Of a stretch of 64,000 nt of DNA, positions 12,047 to 23,774 are shown piece after piece. Each line of letters opens with the position of its first letter. The stretch's first letter is position 1. The stretch comes from Batkoa obscura (lineage: Eukaryota). The translations under genes and the position numbers were made by a program. Location: NCBI GenBank assembly GCA_030770535.1, contig JASVEC010000002.1, positions 930,001 through 994,000 on the forward strand, written 5' to 3'. The notes beneath the pieces were generated by a model. The model did no database searches and was not told the DNA's origin. It saw only the letters and a program-made list of their open reading frames with translations.

Positions 12047-15000
12047 TTAAATCCCTATATCCTCAGGATCTTTATTTAATTCACATATCTCTTCTTCCCC
12101 CTTTTCCTCGTCCTCTTCTAAATTTAATTTGCTACTCTCACAACTACACAATATATCCAAGTTTACATGGCCAGCTTTCAACTTGTCAATAACTATTTGA
12201 GCGGCATATTTTTTAGCTTGTTTGACTACCTTACCACTCGCATTTCCAATTAATACTCCATGAATCCAAATATTACATAGAACTGGATTTTCGATGTCAA
12301 TTTGTTTATCCTCCCTTTTCATACATTCAAATTTGAATTCCATACAACCAAATCGATGTAAATATCTTGTCAATTGAGTTACTGGATGAACTATAACATA
12401 ATTAGGCTTTAGATGGAAATCAAAGGTAGGTTTAATTAATTTATTAAATAAATTTTGAATTAATTTAATATCAAAATTAGAATCAATTAATATTGCACCA
12501 AATAAAGCTTCTAATACATCTGCAATTACTTTAGGTGCTTTAATATCATGCCAATATTCTTTAGTATCGTTTAATTCACTTTCTTCTCTTAATTTTTTTA
12601 TAACAATAATAAATTCTGTTATATCGACAATTAATTTACTTGAATGGTGAATAATATGTGGATACAGATCTAATGTTTCCATAATTGTTGCTAATGTATT
12701 ATTTGATACACATGACTCTTTAATTTCACTCAAAACCCCAGGGGGCTCATTCGGGTATTTATGAAACAAATAATCAACAACTAAATAATCTAATATAGCA
12801 TCCCCTAAAAATTCCAATCGTTGATAACAAGAAGTTAAAGGTTGAGGATGCGAAGCATGAGTAAATGCTTCAACTAATAAAATTGGATGTTGAAATTTGT
12901 AATTAATTTTGTCTTCAATAAAATTAATATCTAATTCACTCAAGATATCCAATCTATCAATATTACATGGAATAGGTAAATAATTTTGAATATCACCCCA
13001 ATTTTTATAATTAGTAGTAATAATATTTAATGCTTGGGCACACTTTAAACCCAATTTTGGCCCATTTGATAACAAAGCAGCACCCAAAATAGCTTCCACA
13101 ACATCAGCTAATCCTTTATCGGCCATTTTAAAATTCAATTGGTTTTGATATTCAAATTGATTTTTAATATAAAAATTGATTGGGTACCATTTACTTTTAA
13201 TAAATGGCTTTGGATTAACATACTTATATAATTCTAAATCCCTACATAATCGAAATAAGCTTCTATTAGAAATTATTCTTAACCTTCGATTATGTAATTG
13301 AGCTTCATGATGTTGTGGGAATCTTAAAAATACATCCATTGAAGAAATAAATTTTAAATAAGCGTCTCCTAATAATTCTAATCGTTCATAATCTATTGAT
13401 AAATTAGCAGAGGGTAAAGTTAAAGCTTCTAATAAATATTCATCAATAATTTCAGGTAAATTGAGTTTGATTTTAACTTCTTGGACTAATAACAAAGCTT
13501 CAATTCGTGTCATTAAAGATGGTAATAACATATTTGAATTAAATATTGATATAGGTAATGGATAAGCTAAAACAAATTCTTTTAATAAATAACTAAAACT
13601 TTTACTTTCAATTTGTTTTTTTATTTGGTTTTGATTATTATGATGAGTTAAATAATTTAATACAATACGAATTTTTTTTACTCTTAATATATTTTGATTT
13701 AAATCTTTAATGTTACTTTTAAATTTCAAATTATAATATTCCTTAAAAGTTAAATTAGACTGGTTTTTAATAGCACTATCCAATGGTATAATAGAATTAG
13801 CTGTTAAATTGAAATCAATTTCGTTAACTTTGTATCTTGTATTATTATTTAATGTATCACAAATAATTAGTTCATCTATATCATTAAAATCAGGATAGCC
13901 AAGTGGATTTAGCGTATTTTTAATAATGTCCCAATCAATTAAATCATTAAAATCATTGAGGTTATTTACTTTAATTGGTGCAATAAAATATTGAATTTGA
14001 TTAATATTACATTCAAATAATCTATTAAATATTGATCTAAAACTAAATATTGTATATTTAAATAATAGTTCTATTTTTCTTTTACTTAAGGGAATTGTAG
14101 GTTGATGTGCTTTTTCTATTGTTAAGTATGTAATTTGTCCTTTTAAACAAAATTCAATGGGGTTAAATTTAGGTAATGGTTGTTGAGTTATTATTATAAA
14201 TGGTCGATATTGATTATCCTTATTTATATTGTTTAATTCATCTACATTAACTATATTAAAATAACATTTATTCCATTCGCTACTACTATTATTATTATCT
14301 TCATTATTACTATAATACTTAAAAAAATGTGGTCTTTTCAACTTGTATTCTCTAATAGCTTTCCAAGTACCTTCTTGGATTCCAGCCAAAGAATAATCTG
14401 ATTTAACTGGTTCAAAATCTTCTTCACTAAATTGTATTCCAACTGGTTTTAAATATTCATTTAATTCATTTAATTCTACTAATTTTATTGCCATTTTAAA
14501 GCAAGCATGTTGTTTAGCTACTTTACTTGATTTTGTAATATCACTTTCCATAACCTGAACTTTAGAATTGGATGGCATTGTTAATTGACATTGATGATAA
14601 TTGTTATGATTAATATACTTAAATTTAGGTAACATTTCACAAAAAGAATCTTTTGGTAAGGAATTACAATAACGATAAATTAAAGCCACTGCAGAATTTA
14701 AAGTAATTACAGCTTTTGTTGTGGGTATTTCATAAATAAAGTTAGTAATTAAATCATCCATTCCATTATCCTCATCATCATCATCACTTTCAGTACTATT
14801 ATTTGTCACCATTAATCGATCTTTTGGCAATGATTGACACCAATCCATTAATAATTTTTCAGATTGTTTAAAGCTATCAACTTCCTTTCTATCTTGAGTA
14901 CCATTGATTTCTTGTAATACTATATAATATGATTCTTTTTCTCTTGCTCTACCACGAGATTGTATGTATGAAATCAAAGTTTCTGGTGGATCAAATCGAA

Positions 15001-16733
15001 TTACTAAATTACATGGTTGAATATCTAAACCTTCTTCGGCAACATTAGTAGCAAACAATAAATTAATTGCACCATTTCGAAATTTAAATAATGTATTCTC
15101 TTGTTGTTTAACATTCATATGAAAGCAATTACCTTTACTATTTGAATTATGTCCTAGTAAATAATCGGATTGAATGTTTTTTACTTTTTTTGTATAAGAG
15201 ATTATAAAATTTAATGTCACCACTGTACAAATTCTAGAAGCAAATATGATGCCACAAAAAGTATTTAATTGACTAGAATATTTTTTAATACATTCAATTA
15301 ATTTCTTGATTTTTGGTGTTACATAAATATCATCTAAATCATATGGATCTAAATCTAACCAATCTTTACCCTCTTTAAGTTGACTTAAATAGGATTCATA
15401 TATTTTTTTGGCATTTTTAATGCTCGTTTCTTCTTCTGAAAAACTATTCCATTTACTTTCTTTAAGATTATCAGAATAACTAAATACTCCTGCATCATAC
15501 TTTAATATTAATTCTTCTAATGATTTACGCAAATATAATAACCCACACCATTCCCCATAATTATTTAATATGAAATCATGAGAAGATAATAATCGATTGA
15601 TTCCATATCCACGTCTACAATATCGTTCAATAAGTTTAGCTAAATCCGATCTTTTTGGAGATTTGTTAAATAATTTGTCATGTGATTCATAAAAACAATA
15701 CAATTCTTTTGGTCGATTAATATAAGTTTGTGCTAATTCATTATAATTAATAGTAAAGATTTTGGAATCCAATGCTGATTCTAAATTACTGTTGTTATTG
15801 AAAAACATTACTATTAATAAATAAAATAAAATAAAAGTTCTTACTTAGCTGCTCTAATAGCATTACTTGCACTCTTTAAAGGTGATGCTGTCATTGAAAA
15901 TATCCTAGGTTTATGTTCATTTACCTTACCCTCTTTTCCATAATATCTCATATAAAACTCCTTCATGATTAAATTATAAGGATGCTTTTTTTCTGTGTGA
16001 TGACATTCATCGAATACAATTAAGCCAATCTAAAATATATTGTCAAATTACAAAAGGCACATTATTTAATATAAAATACTTACTTCTTTCATCTGAATTT
16101 TACCATGTCGTAGCATATCTAAAAAGATTTGAGCAGTTAACACTAATACATCTGTAGAATTTAAGCACGATTGCCATTTACTATCACTCCAACCATCCAC
16201 TCCTAATTCACCATATAATTGTGCCACCCTGAATGGTATATTATTGGCAATCGTAGTTGCTTGTTGAACAGCTAAAGCTACCGTATTTACTAAAAATATA
16301 CAATATTTCCTTTGTCTCTATAATAATAAAAAATCATTTATAAATTTCAAAATTAACATAACTATTAAATCAAGCTTACCTCTGGTTGTTTTAACCTCAA
16401 TACTTTTTCATTTAATAAAATGTGTTTGATTAGCATAATAGCAATCAATGTTTTCCCAGTACCTGTTTCCAAGACAGCAATTATATTATCTTTCTTTGCT
16501 TTTTCAAATAATTCAATTTGATATTGACGAGGTAAATGTTGCAGTTCTTCATTTTGTTTTAATGGTAGTTGATAACTTTTGGATACTGAATTAATGTTTT
16601 TATGATTGCTTGATTTGGAGGCTAGTACTGGATTATCATTTCGATGTCGTTCTGGTAGCTTATTAGCTAAATATGAAAGGTCCTTTTTGCTTTCTTTGGG
16701 GATTCTTCCATGAATAGTTTCTTCACTACTCAT
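12047..16733 (-). CDS. DCL1: Dicer-like ribonuclease III (~1504 aa; exons 16380-16733, 16084-16317, 15845-16029, 12047-15788)
   Basis: Helicase motifs [15 protein letters not shown] and QSRGRAR; Dicer-dimerisation domain; PAZ-like region; RNase IIIa [11 protein letters not shown] and IIIb [12 protein letters not shown]-terminal dsRBD with the C..H..CxC zinc-binding pattern of fungal Dicers. The exons sum to an intact frame. The DCL1 versus DCL2 assignment is tentative. Confidence 0.95.
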
Positions 16734-16907
16734 TTGATTTTTAGAAAAAAATAGGTTGAATCAACCTTTATGAGTTTAAAAGAGGATCTTTTTGATTTTT
16801 AATTTCCAAACCAATATTTGGCTTCATTTTTTATAAACTTACGTTGACTTTAGTTAATTTGATCATATGTGTAAGCTTAAAAGTAATCAAAATTAAAATC
16901 AAGATTT

Positions 16908-17005
16908 GGGGATGTATTTTTATATTTAAGAATTTTACTAACAAATTTTCCACTTAAATAGTGCTTAAAAAATGGAAAAAGTAATGAAGTCAAAAAAACA
17001 CTCCC
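16908..17005 (+). mobile_element. ~98-bp MITE upstream of Dicer
   Basis: TSD ATTT. Confidence 0.9.
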
Positions 17006-18460
17006 ATTTAATTTCAATTTTTTGTATATTTTTAGCATAAACTTTTAAGAAAAATATTAGTCAAATACTAGATGAAAAAACGTTTGAGCATGAGTAATTT
17101 TAAAACCAAGCAAAAAAGCAACTATTTTTGTAACCTTTAGTGCTTAATATACAATTTTCGCTAAAATCAAATCTGGACAAAATTTGAATTGAGAGCTCTT
17201 AAACTAGCGCATATTACAGCAAATAATTCAGTTTTGTTTTAGTGCGTTATTTTTTAAAAAAGGTGCATTTATTCGAGAAGAGTGGCTTGATTTATAAACA
17301 GATTGAAGCTACTTTGAAATAAAATAGTTTGTGGAAAAACTGCTATCAAAATAACAGTATTTTTTAACATATAAATTAAAGACCAACAAGATATATAAAA
17401 TAGAAAAAGATAAATAAAAAATCCCTATATAATAAATATCAAAGTCTGTCAACTTAATTAAAGTTCCCAAAGTAGAATGAGGAGTCTTAATAATTTCTTC
17501 CTAATTTAAAAATCTATAAAATTATATCAAAATATTATAATCTATCTTCAAATGTTTATGATAAACTTATCCAATGCAAACTTACTTCATTTTAGAACCA
17601 TTTCGATTTACTTTATCAATATTAGAATTATACGGTACAAATATATTAGTATCACTATTGACTGGTTTAGGATTATAACAATCAGTTACTATATGATTAA
17701 AATGATCAAATATAGAATAATCCTAGCAATTTAACTCTTGACCTTCATTTTGAATATTCATACTAATGCCTTCCTTATTAACATCTTTGTCATCATTGTA
17801 GTTGTTATAGTTACAATCATAATCATTGAAGTGGCCTTCATAAACATCATCATCATCAGTGAAGTAATAAGTATATGAATCATAAGAGTTATAAGGGTTC
17901 TATAGGTCCTATAGGCTGTGGTTTGGGTAGTACATTATTTATTAAACTTAAACTAGATAAGCTGAAAGTGTTAAAACTTGAAGTGTATATTAACTATAAA
18001 AAAATTGCTAAAATGAAAATCAAAAAAGAGAAGCAAAACTAACTAAGCTATATATAGGGATGTCTGAATTAGTTTCATTATTTTATCCAATTTTTAAATA
18101 TTTTGTATTTTAAAAACTCTAATTAAAATTCTATAAAAACAAATCTTTTATTGAAACAAAAGTACTCAGACACAGTTCTAAATCATTCTATTATAGTTTA
18201 CAGTGTAAGCTAGCTGAGTTTCTACTAGATCTTAAATACATGTTTTTATAAAACTTTATTGAGAAACATTTATTATTGACTGCTTTATAATCAACATTAC
18301 AGATTTGTTATCAAATAAATAAATTATTTTAATATTATAATTACATTATTGATATATTGCTAAGTTAATAAATAACTGCATGGGAGGGAGCGGTTAGCTC
18401 CAAAACTATGATTAACCATCGCTATATAGTACAAGTAATATAATAATAGTTTTTACATAT

Positions 18461-18558
18461 GAGGCTGTTTTTTTTGATTTCATTATTTTTCCGTTTTTTA
18501 AGCACTATTTAAGTGGAAAAATTGTTAGTAAAATTCTTAAACACAAAAATACATCCCC
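18461..18558 (-). mobile_element. ~98-bp MITE inside the old Sola copy
   Basis: TSD ATAT; the empty site is visible in the intact copy at ~21270. Confidence 0.92.
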
Positions 18559-19231
18559 ATATTATTACAATCACTTGTTCTTTGACAATTTATTAACTTA
18601 ACTATTAATAACTTAAGTAATCTTAACATTTAACAATCTATTTCTATCATTCAACAAACTACTTACTTGCTTAGTAAATATCGAAAAACTTAAATTCTCT
18701 GTATTTTCGCAAGCTGAGATTGGTCTTTTAATTTTTCTATTTTCTATAGACTTTATAACTTTAATTGGAACTATGTCATTTTTTTTTTGATGTATCAGAT
18801 ACTGGGCAACAATATAGTTCATTATTACATTTAATAAAATATAAACACTTCTTGATGCTTTGTATTTCTATTATTCTTTTTATATTTTTGTTTCTTTCAT
18901 ACTTTTTAAAGATTAAATCTGTTTTCCCATTATTAACAGCCGAGTTGTTAATTTTATTATGGTCACAAATAAAAGTCTTAAGTCTCGAAATTAGTTGATT
19001 AACATCTTCTATTTTAACTAATGCTTCAAAACTACTTTTCGATGACGCTCAGTAAAAAAATTAAGATCAATATTTAAACTATTATTTATTTTAGGAATTT
19101 CTTTAAATATATAATGCAGGAACTCTTGGGAGCTAAAATGATTTCCTGTGTCTGCCCATATATTAGTTTTTATAAGCTTTTTAAATAAAAGCTCTGTAGA
19201 GATTAAATCAATTAAGCAATCTCCTGCATAT

Positions 19232-21670
19232 GGGGCTGTCCTAATTGGTTTCAGAATCTACTTAGAAATTAATCCAAATTTAAAATTCCAAGTTTGTGTT
19301 CAATATAACGGTTAAATCTAAAAAGCCTAAAATTAAATGTCTCTATTTAAAACTTATTTTAATTGTTTCCTTTTCTTAAATAGCTAATTTTCCTAACTAT
19401 ATATTTTATGTTAGTTCTGTTAGATATTTATCAGATATATAATATATAACTATATGATTATATAATTATATAAATACACTTATTTGACTTTATTTTTTGT
19501 TGAAATAAAAACAAAATGCAAACTTTCATAACTAAACTTCGAAATGGAATTTTTGAAAACTTCAATACAATAGGGAGGAGTACACAATATAAACATTGTA
19601 ATTCATTTACATCAATTTTAAGAGCTACTTATAACAACCCAAGGTTTATGGAATTTTATAATAAAACAAAACAAAGAAAAGATATATTATCAAAGTTTAC
19701 TATCGATAATAATAAACTTAATCAAGTAATGTATAAAATTAGTGCTTTAAGGGAAACAGGAAACAAAAGTCAGCAAGTAGCGTTATTATCAACTATAGCT
19801 TCAGTATATTCTTTTGATGAATGTAAGAGTTTTGGGTTTAATATAAATAGAAATCAATATGATTATTCAAAAACAAGTAATAATAATAAAATATCAACAT
19901 TAAAACCTATTATTAAAAATACAAAAAAAATTAAAGATGACCAAATTGAAACTATCATACAATATTTACTAAATGATTCAACTATTTCATCAAGATTTAA
20001 TAAAAAAAGTAACGATAGTAAATATTCATCAGATAATATATATATATTAAATAAAAGTAGAAGAATGATATATAGTAAATATTTGAATGATCTAAGAGAT
20101 AAAGCAGTAGCTAGGTCAACGTTCTTTAAATATATACCAACTAATTTCAAAAATCCAGCAAGAAAAACGGATCTATGTAATATATGTACCCAGTATACAG
20201 TTAGAAAAAAGTTATTTGAAAATAAAATAAATACAGCAAAAAACAAAGCAGAGATACAAGAAATTTTCAACGAAGAAGAAAAATTATACAAATTACATAA
20301 ATTCTGTGTTGATACTCAAAAAAACACATTTAATGAAACTATCAAAAAATTAAATAATAAAAGTTGTATAATAATTTTAGATTTTAAACAAAATATGGAA
20401 ATAGGGACAAGACCAGATTTAATAAATCTAGATCATTATAATAAACAAGCTATATCAGTATTAGGTTTTGGTGTATTATATTTAAAAGATGATAAAACAA
20501 TAGGCAAAGTTTACTTTGATTATTTATCTGAAATATTGAATCATGATTCAGCATATGCAGGAGATTGTTTAATCGATTTAATCTCTACAGAGCTTCTATT
20601 TAAAAAGTTTACAAAAATTAATATATGGGCAGATACAGGAAATCATTTTAGATCCCAAGAGTTTCTACACTATATGTTTAAAGAAATTCATAAAATAAAT
20701 AGTAGTTTGAATGTTAATCTTAATTTTTTTGCTGAGCATCATGGAAAAAGTATAGTTGATGGACATTTTGGAAACCTTTCAAAATGGAAAAGTAGTTTTG
20801 AAGCGTTAGGTAAAATAGAAGATATCGATCAATTAATTTCAAGATTTGAGGCTTTTATTTGCGAGCATAATAAAATTAATAACTCGACTGTTAATAATGG
20901 GAAAACAGATATAATTTTTAAAAAGTATAAAAGAAACAAAAATATAAAAAGAATAATAGAGATGCAAGGCATTAAGAAGTATTTACACTTTGTTAAACAT
21001 AACAATAAACTACATTGTTATCCAGTATCTGATACATCAAAAAAAAGCGATATAGTCCCAATTAAAGTTATAGAGTCTATAGAAAACAGAAAAATTAAAA
21101 GATCGATCCCAGCTTACCTTACGAAGATAACAGAGAATTTAAAAATTTCGATATTTACTAAGCAAGTAAGTAGTTTGTTGAATGATAGAAATAGATTGTT
21201 AAATGTTAGGATTACTTAAGTTATTAATAGCTAAGTTAATAAATAGTCAAAGAACAAGTAACTGTAATAATATGTAAAAACTATTATTACTTGTACTATC
21301 TAGGGATGGTTAATTATAGTTTTGGGGCTAACCACTCCCTCCCATGCAGCTATTTATTAACTTGGCAATATATTAATAATGTAATTATAACATTAAAATA
21401 GTTTATTTATTTGATAATAAATCTACAATGTTGGTTATAAAGCGGTTGATAATAAATATTTCTCAATTAAGCTTTATAAGAACATGTATTTAAGATCTAG
21501 TAGAAATTCAAGTAACTTACAGTATGAGCTATAATAGAATGATTTAGAACTGTGTTTGGGTACTTTTGTTTTAATAAAAGATGTGATTTTATAGAATTTT
21601 AAGCGAAGTTTTTAAAATACAAAATTTTTCAAAAATTGGATAAAATAATGAAACTAATTCAGACAACCCC
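19232..21670 (+). mobile_element. Full-length, apparently autonomous Sola-like (Sola2-type) DNA transposon, 2439 bp
   Basis: Imperfect TIRs GGGGCTGTCCTAATTGGTTTCA / GGGGTTGTCTGAATTAGTTTCA (reverse complement of the right end). 4-bp target-site duplication (TSD) ATAT at 19228-19231 and 21671-21674, confirmed by reconstructing the empty site from the element's own sequence. One intact ORF. Confidence 0.9.
19516..21219 (+). CDS. DDD transposase, Sola-like (567 aa)
   Basis: KTDLCNIC..H..C Cys/His motif. Putative catalytic Asp residues in ILDFKQN (20380), WADTGNHF (20632) and FFAEHHGKSIVDGHFG (20758), plus an HDS motif. The HGK...DG pattern is typical of Sola2-type enzymes; the superfamily call is from motif memory. 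Confidence 0.85.
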   Translation: MQTFITKLRNGIFENFNTIGRSTQYKHCNSFTSILRATYNNPRFMEFYNKTKQRKDILSKFTIDNNKLNQVMYKISALRETGNKSQQVALLSTIASVYSFDECKSFGFNINRNQYDYSKTSNNNKISTLKPIIKNTKKIKDDQIETIIQYLLNDSTISSRFNKKSNDSKYSSDNIYILNKSRRMIYSKYLNDLRDKAVARSTFFKYIPTNFKNPARKTDLCNICTQYTVRKKLFENKINTAKNKAEIQEIFNEEEKLYKLHKFCVDTQKNTFNETIKKLNNKSCIIILDFKQNMEIGTRPDLINLDHYNKQAISVLGFGVLYLKDDKTIGKVYFDYLSEILNHDSAYAGDCLIDLISTELLFKKFTKINIWADTGNHFRSQEFLHYMFKEIHKINSSLNVNLNFFAEHHGKSIVDGHFGNLSKWKSSFEALGKIEDIDQLISRFEAFICEHNKINNSTVNNGKTDIIFKKYKRNKNIKRIIEMQGIKKYLHFVKHNNKLHCYPVSDTSKKSDIVPIKVIESIENRKIKRSIPAYLTKITENLKISIFTKQVSSLLNDRNRLLNVRIT

Positions 21671-21716
21671 ATATGCTGAATCATGATTTAATATTTCAAA
21701 TAAACAATCAAAATAT

Positions 21717-21814
21717 ACAGATGTATTTTTGTGTCCAAGAATTTTACTAACGATTTTTCCGCTCAAATAGCGCTTAAAAAATGGAAAAAGTAATGAAGTC
21801 AAAAAAACACTCCC
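21717..21814 (+). mobile_element. ~98-bp MITE inside the old Sola copy
   Basis: TSD ATAT; left GGGG decayed. Confidence 0.88.
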
Positions 21815-22283
21815 ATATACTTTTTCTATTGTTTTGTCATCTTTTAAATATAAAACACCAAAGCCTAATACTAATATAACTTGTTTATTATAATCGTCTA
21901 AATTTGTTGAATCTAGTTTTGTTCCTATTTCCATATTTTGTTCAAAATCTAAAATTATTATACAACTTCTATTATTTAATTTTTTAATAGTTTCATTAAA
22001 TGTGTTTTTTTGAGTATCAATACAAAATTTGTATAATTTGTATAACTTTTTTTTATTGAAAACTTCTATTTCTGGTTTATTTTTTATTGCTGGATTTATT
22101 TTATTTTCAAATAACTTTTTTCTAGCTGTATACTGGGCACATATATTACATAGATCTGTTTTTCTTGCTGGATTTTTGAAATTACTTAGCATCTATTCAA
22201 AAAATGCTGACCTAGCTACTGCTTTGTCTTTTAAATCATTAAAATATTTACTGTATATCATTCTTTACTTTTATTTAGTATAT

Positions 22284-22381
22284 GGGGATGTTTTTTTTGA
22301 TTTCATTACTTTTCCATTTTTTAAGCGTTATTCGAGTGGAAAAATTGTTAGTAAAATTCTCAAACAAAAAAATACATTCTC
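22284..22381 (-). mobile_element. ~98-bp MITE at the truncation point of the old Sola copy
   Basis: ATAT on both flanks. Confidence 0.88.
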
Positions 22382-23774
22382 ATATCTAATAAATTATTCA
22401 AATAAATTTTGTTTTTAACAATCTAAAGGCAGTTATTTAGAGTCAAATTCAAAGTATATCATCTATATCAAATCTTTTACATTACAGAAGTCCAAATACA
22501 AGCAAACCAACACTATCATTGTCAACATTTGCTCTAAATTATAATTTAGTATATAGGGATATGTTTTATTATGATTAGCATTAAAAATTAAGCTTGCTTA
22601 AAATACAATTATTTTATAGCCTGATGTTGATTTTATTAAGCTTACTAATGTCTATTAAAACGATTATGATCTATAATAGAGTACTCGCATTAGATACCAC
22701 ATCATTTTTTACTCACTTTCCATTTTTTGTATCTTTGAAGGTTCGAAAGCTCAAGTGTTTCATTTATTCAAAAAAAGACACTATAGAAAACGCTTTCAAT
22801 TCTTTGTTTCTGGTTTTCCAAAGTTTAGATTCTTTTTTTAACAAATGTTTTTCTTTAACTACCTTTATCTTTTTAACTAAATAATGTATAAACCTTTGAG
22901 TCTTTTATATCATTTAATGATGTTTATTTCCTAGCTCCAATAAGCTATACTTATCAGTTTTGTTTAATCAATTATTTATACAAAATGAAAAACCGGCAAA
23001 TAGTTGTAAAATAAACGGAATTCAATCTTGAAGGAGCTAGAAAGCAATAAAAAATAGAAAACAAGTAGAAAATGTTTTACTATAATTAGTTTAAAGCTAA
23101 AAACTATTTTTTCTAGTTTTGGTTTATTGCAAAAGATGTAACCTAAACATAAATACCGCAAAAATAGCTGCTTTTTGCTTAATTTTTAGTTGAGTATATG
23201 ACCTCTAAATTGCAATTTAGTTCGGTTTAAGGTTTCCCCTCATATAACACATAATCAATAACAGACTACTAAAATGATTTGAAGCCATATAAATTCATCT
23301 TAGGCTTATATTTTTTACAATCATTTTTAGCTTAAAATGATAAATTTTATTTCAAAATTAAGTTTTGACTTAAAATCTTAAGAGCTAATCAATTATAAAT
23401 CTCGATTTCCAACAAAACTCAAAATTCATAGGAGATGAGATGCTAATAATGAATGGGCACTATAATAGAAAAACCAGAGTATATATTTGACTTGAGGGAA
23501 AAGTATTATGCTTTTTTTCCATGGTTCTTCCAAAAAAGAATGGGTCTTGATATTTATTTTCCAGTAAAAACAAACATTAGTAAAAATCTTGTCCAAAAAC
23601 TATATTGTAAAAAGATTATCTATAAAAAGATTCTATTTGTAAGAAGATTCTATTATTCTATATAGAAATAAACGTGATTTTGTAATAAAGTGATATAAAC
23701 ACTACCAAAATAAAAATAGCTTGCAATCAAATAATATATAAGCAAACAATTTTTCATAGAAAAAATTAAAACAA

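Larger units (their letters stand above)
18056..22283 (-). mobile_element. Older defective Sola-like copy (3' two-thirds), host to the young copy and two MITEs, truncated at a third MITE
   Basis: Right TIR agggatgtctgaattagtttca at 18056. Segments 18056-19231 and 21671-22283 are reverse-complement homologs of 20553-21670 and ~20040-20556. A ~43-bp deletion removes the GKSIVDGHFG motif. Confidence 0.9.

Noticed and set aside
19863..20291. Antisense ORFs over the transposase, paralogs, gag/pol, HSP20 and the IQ gene
   Set aside because: They are shadows of real sense-strand genes with no independent motifs.
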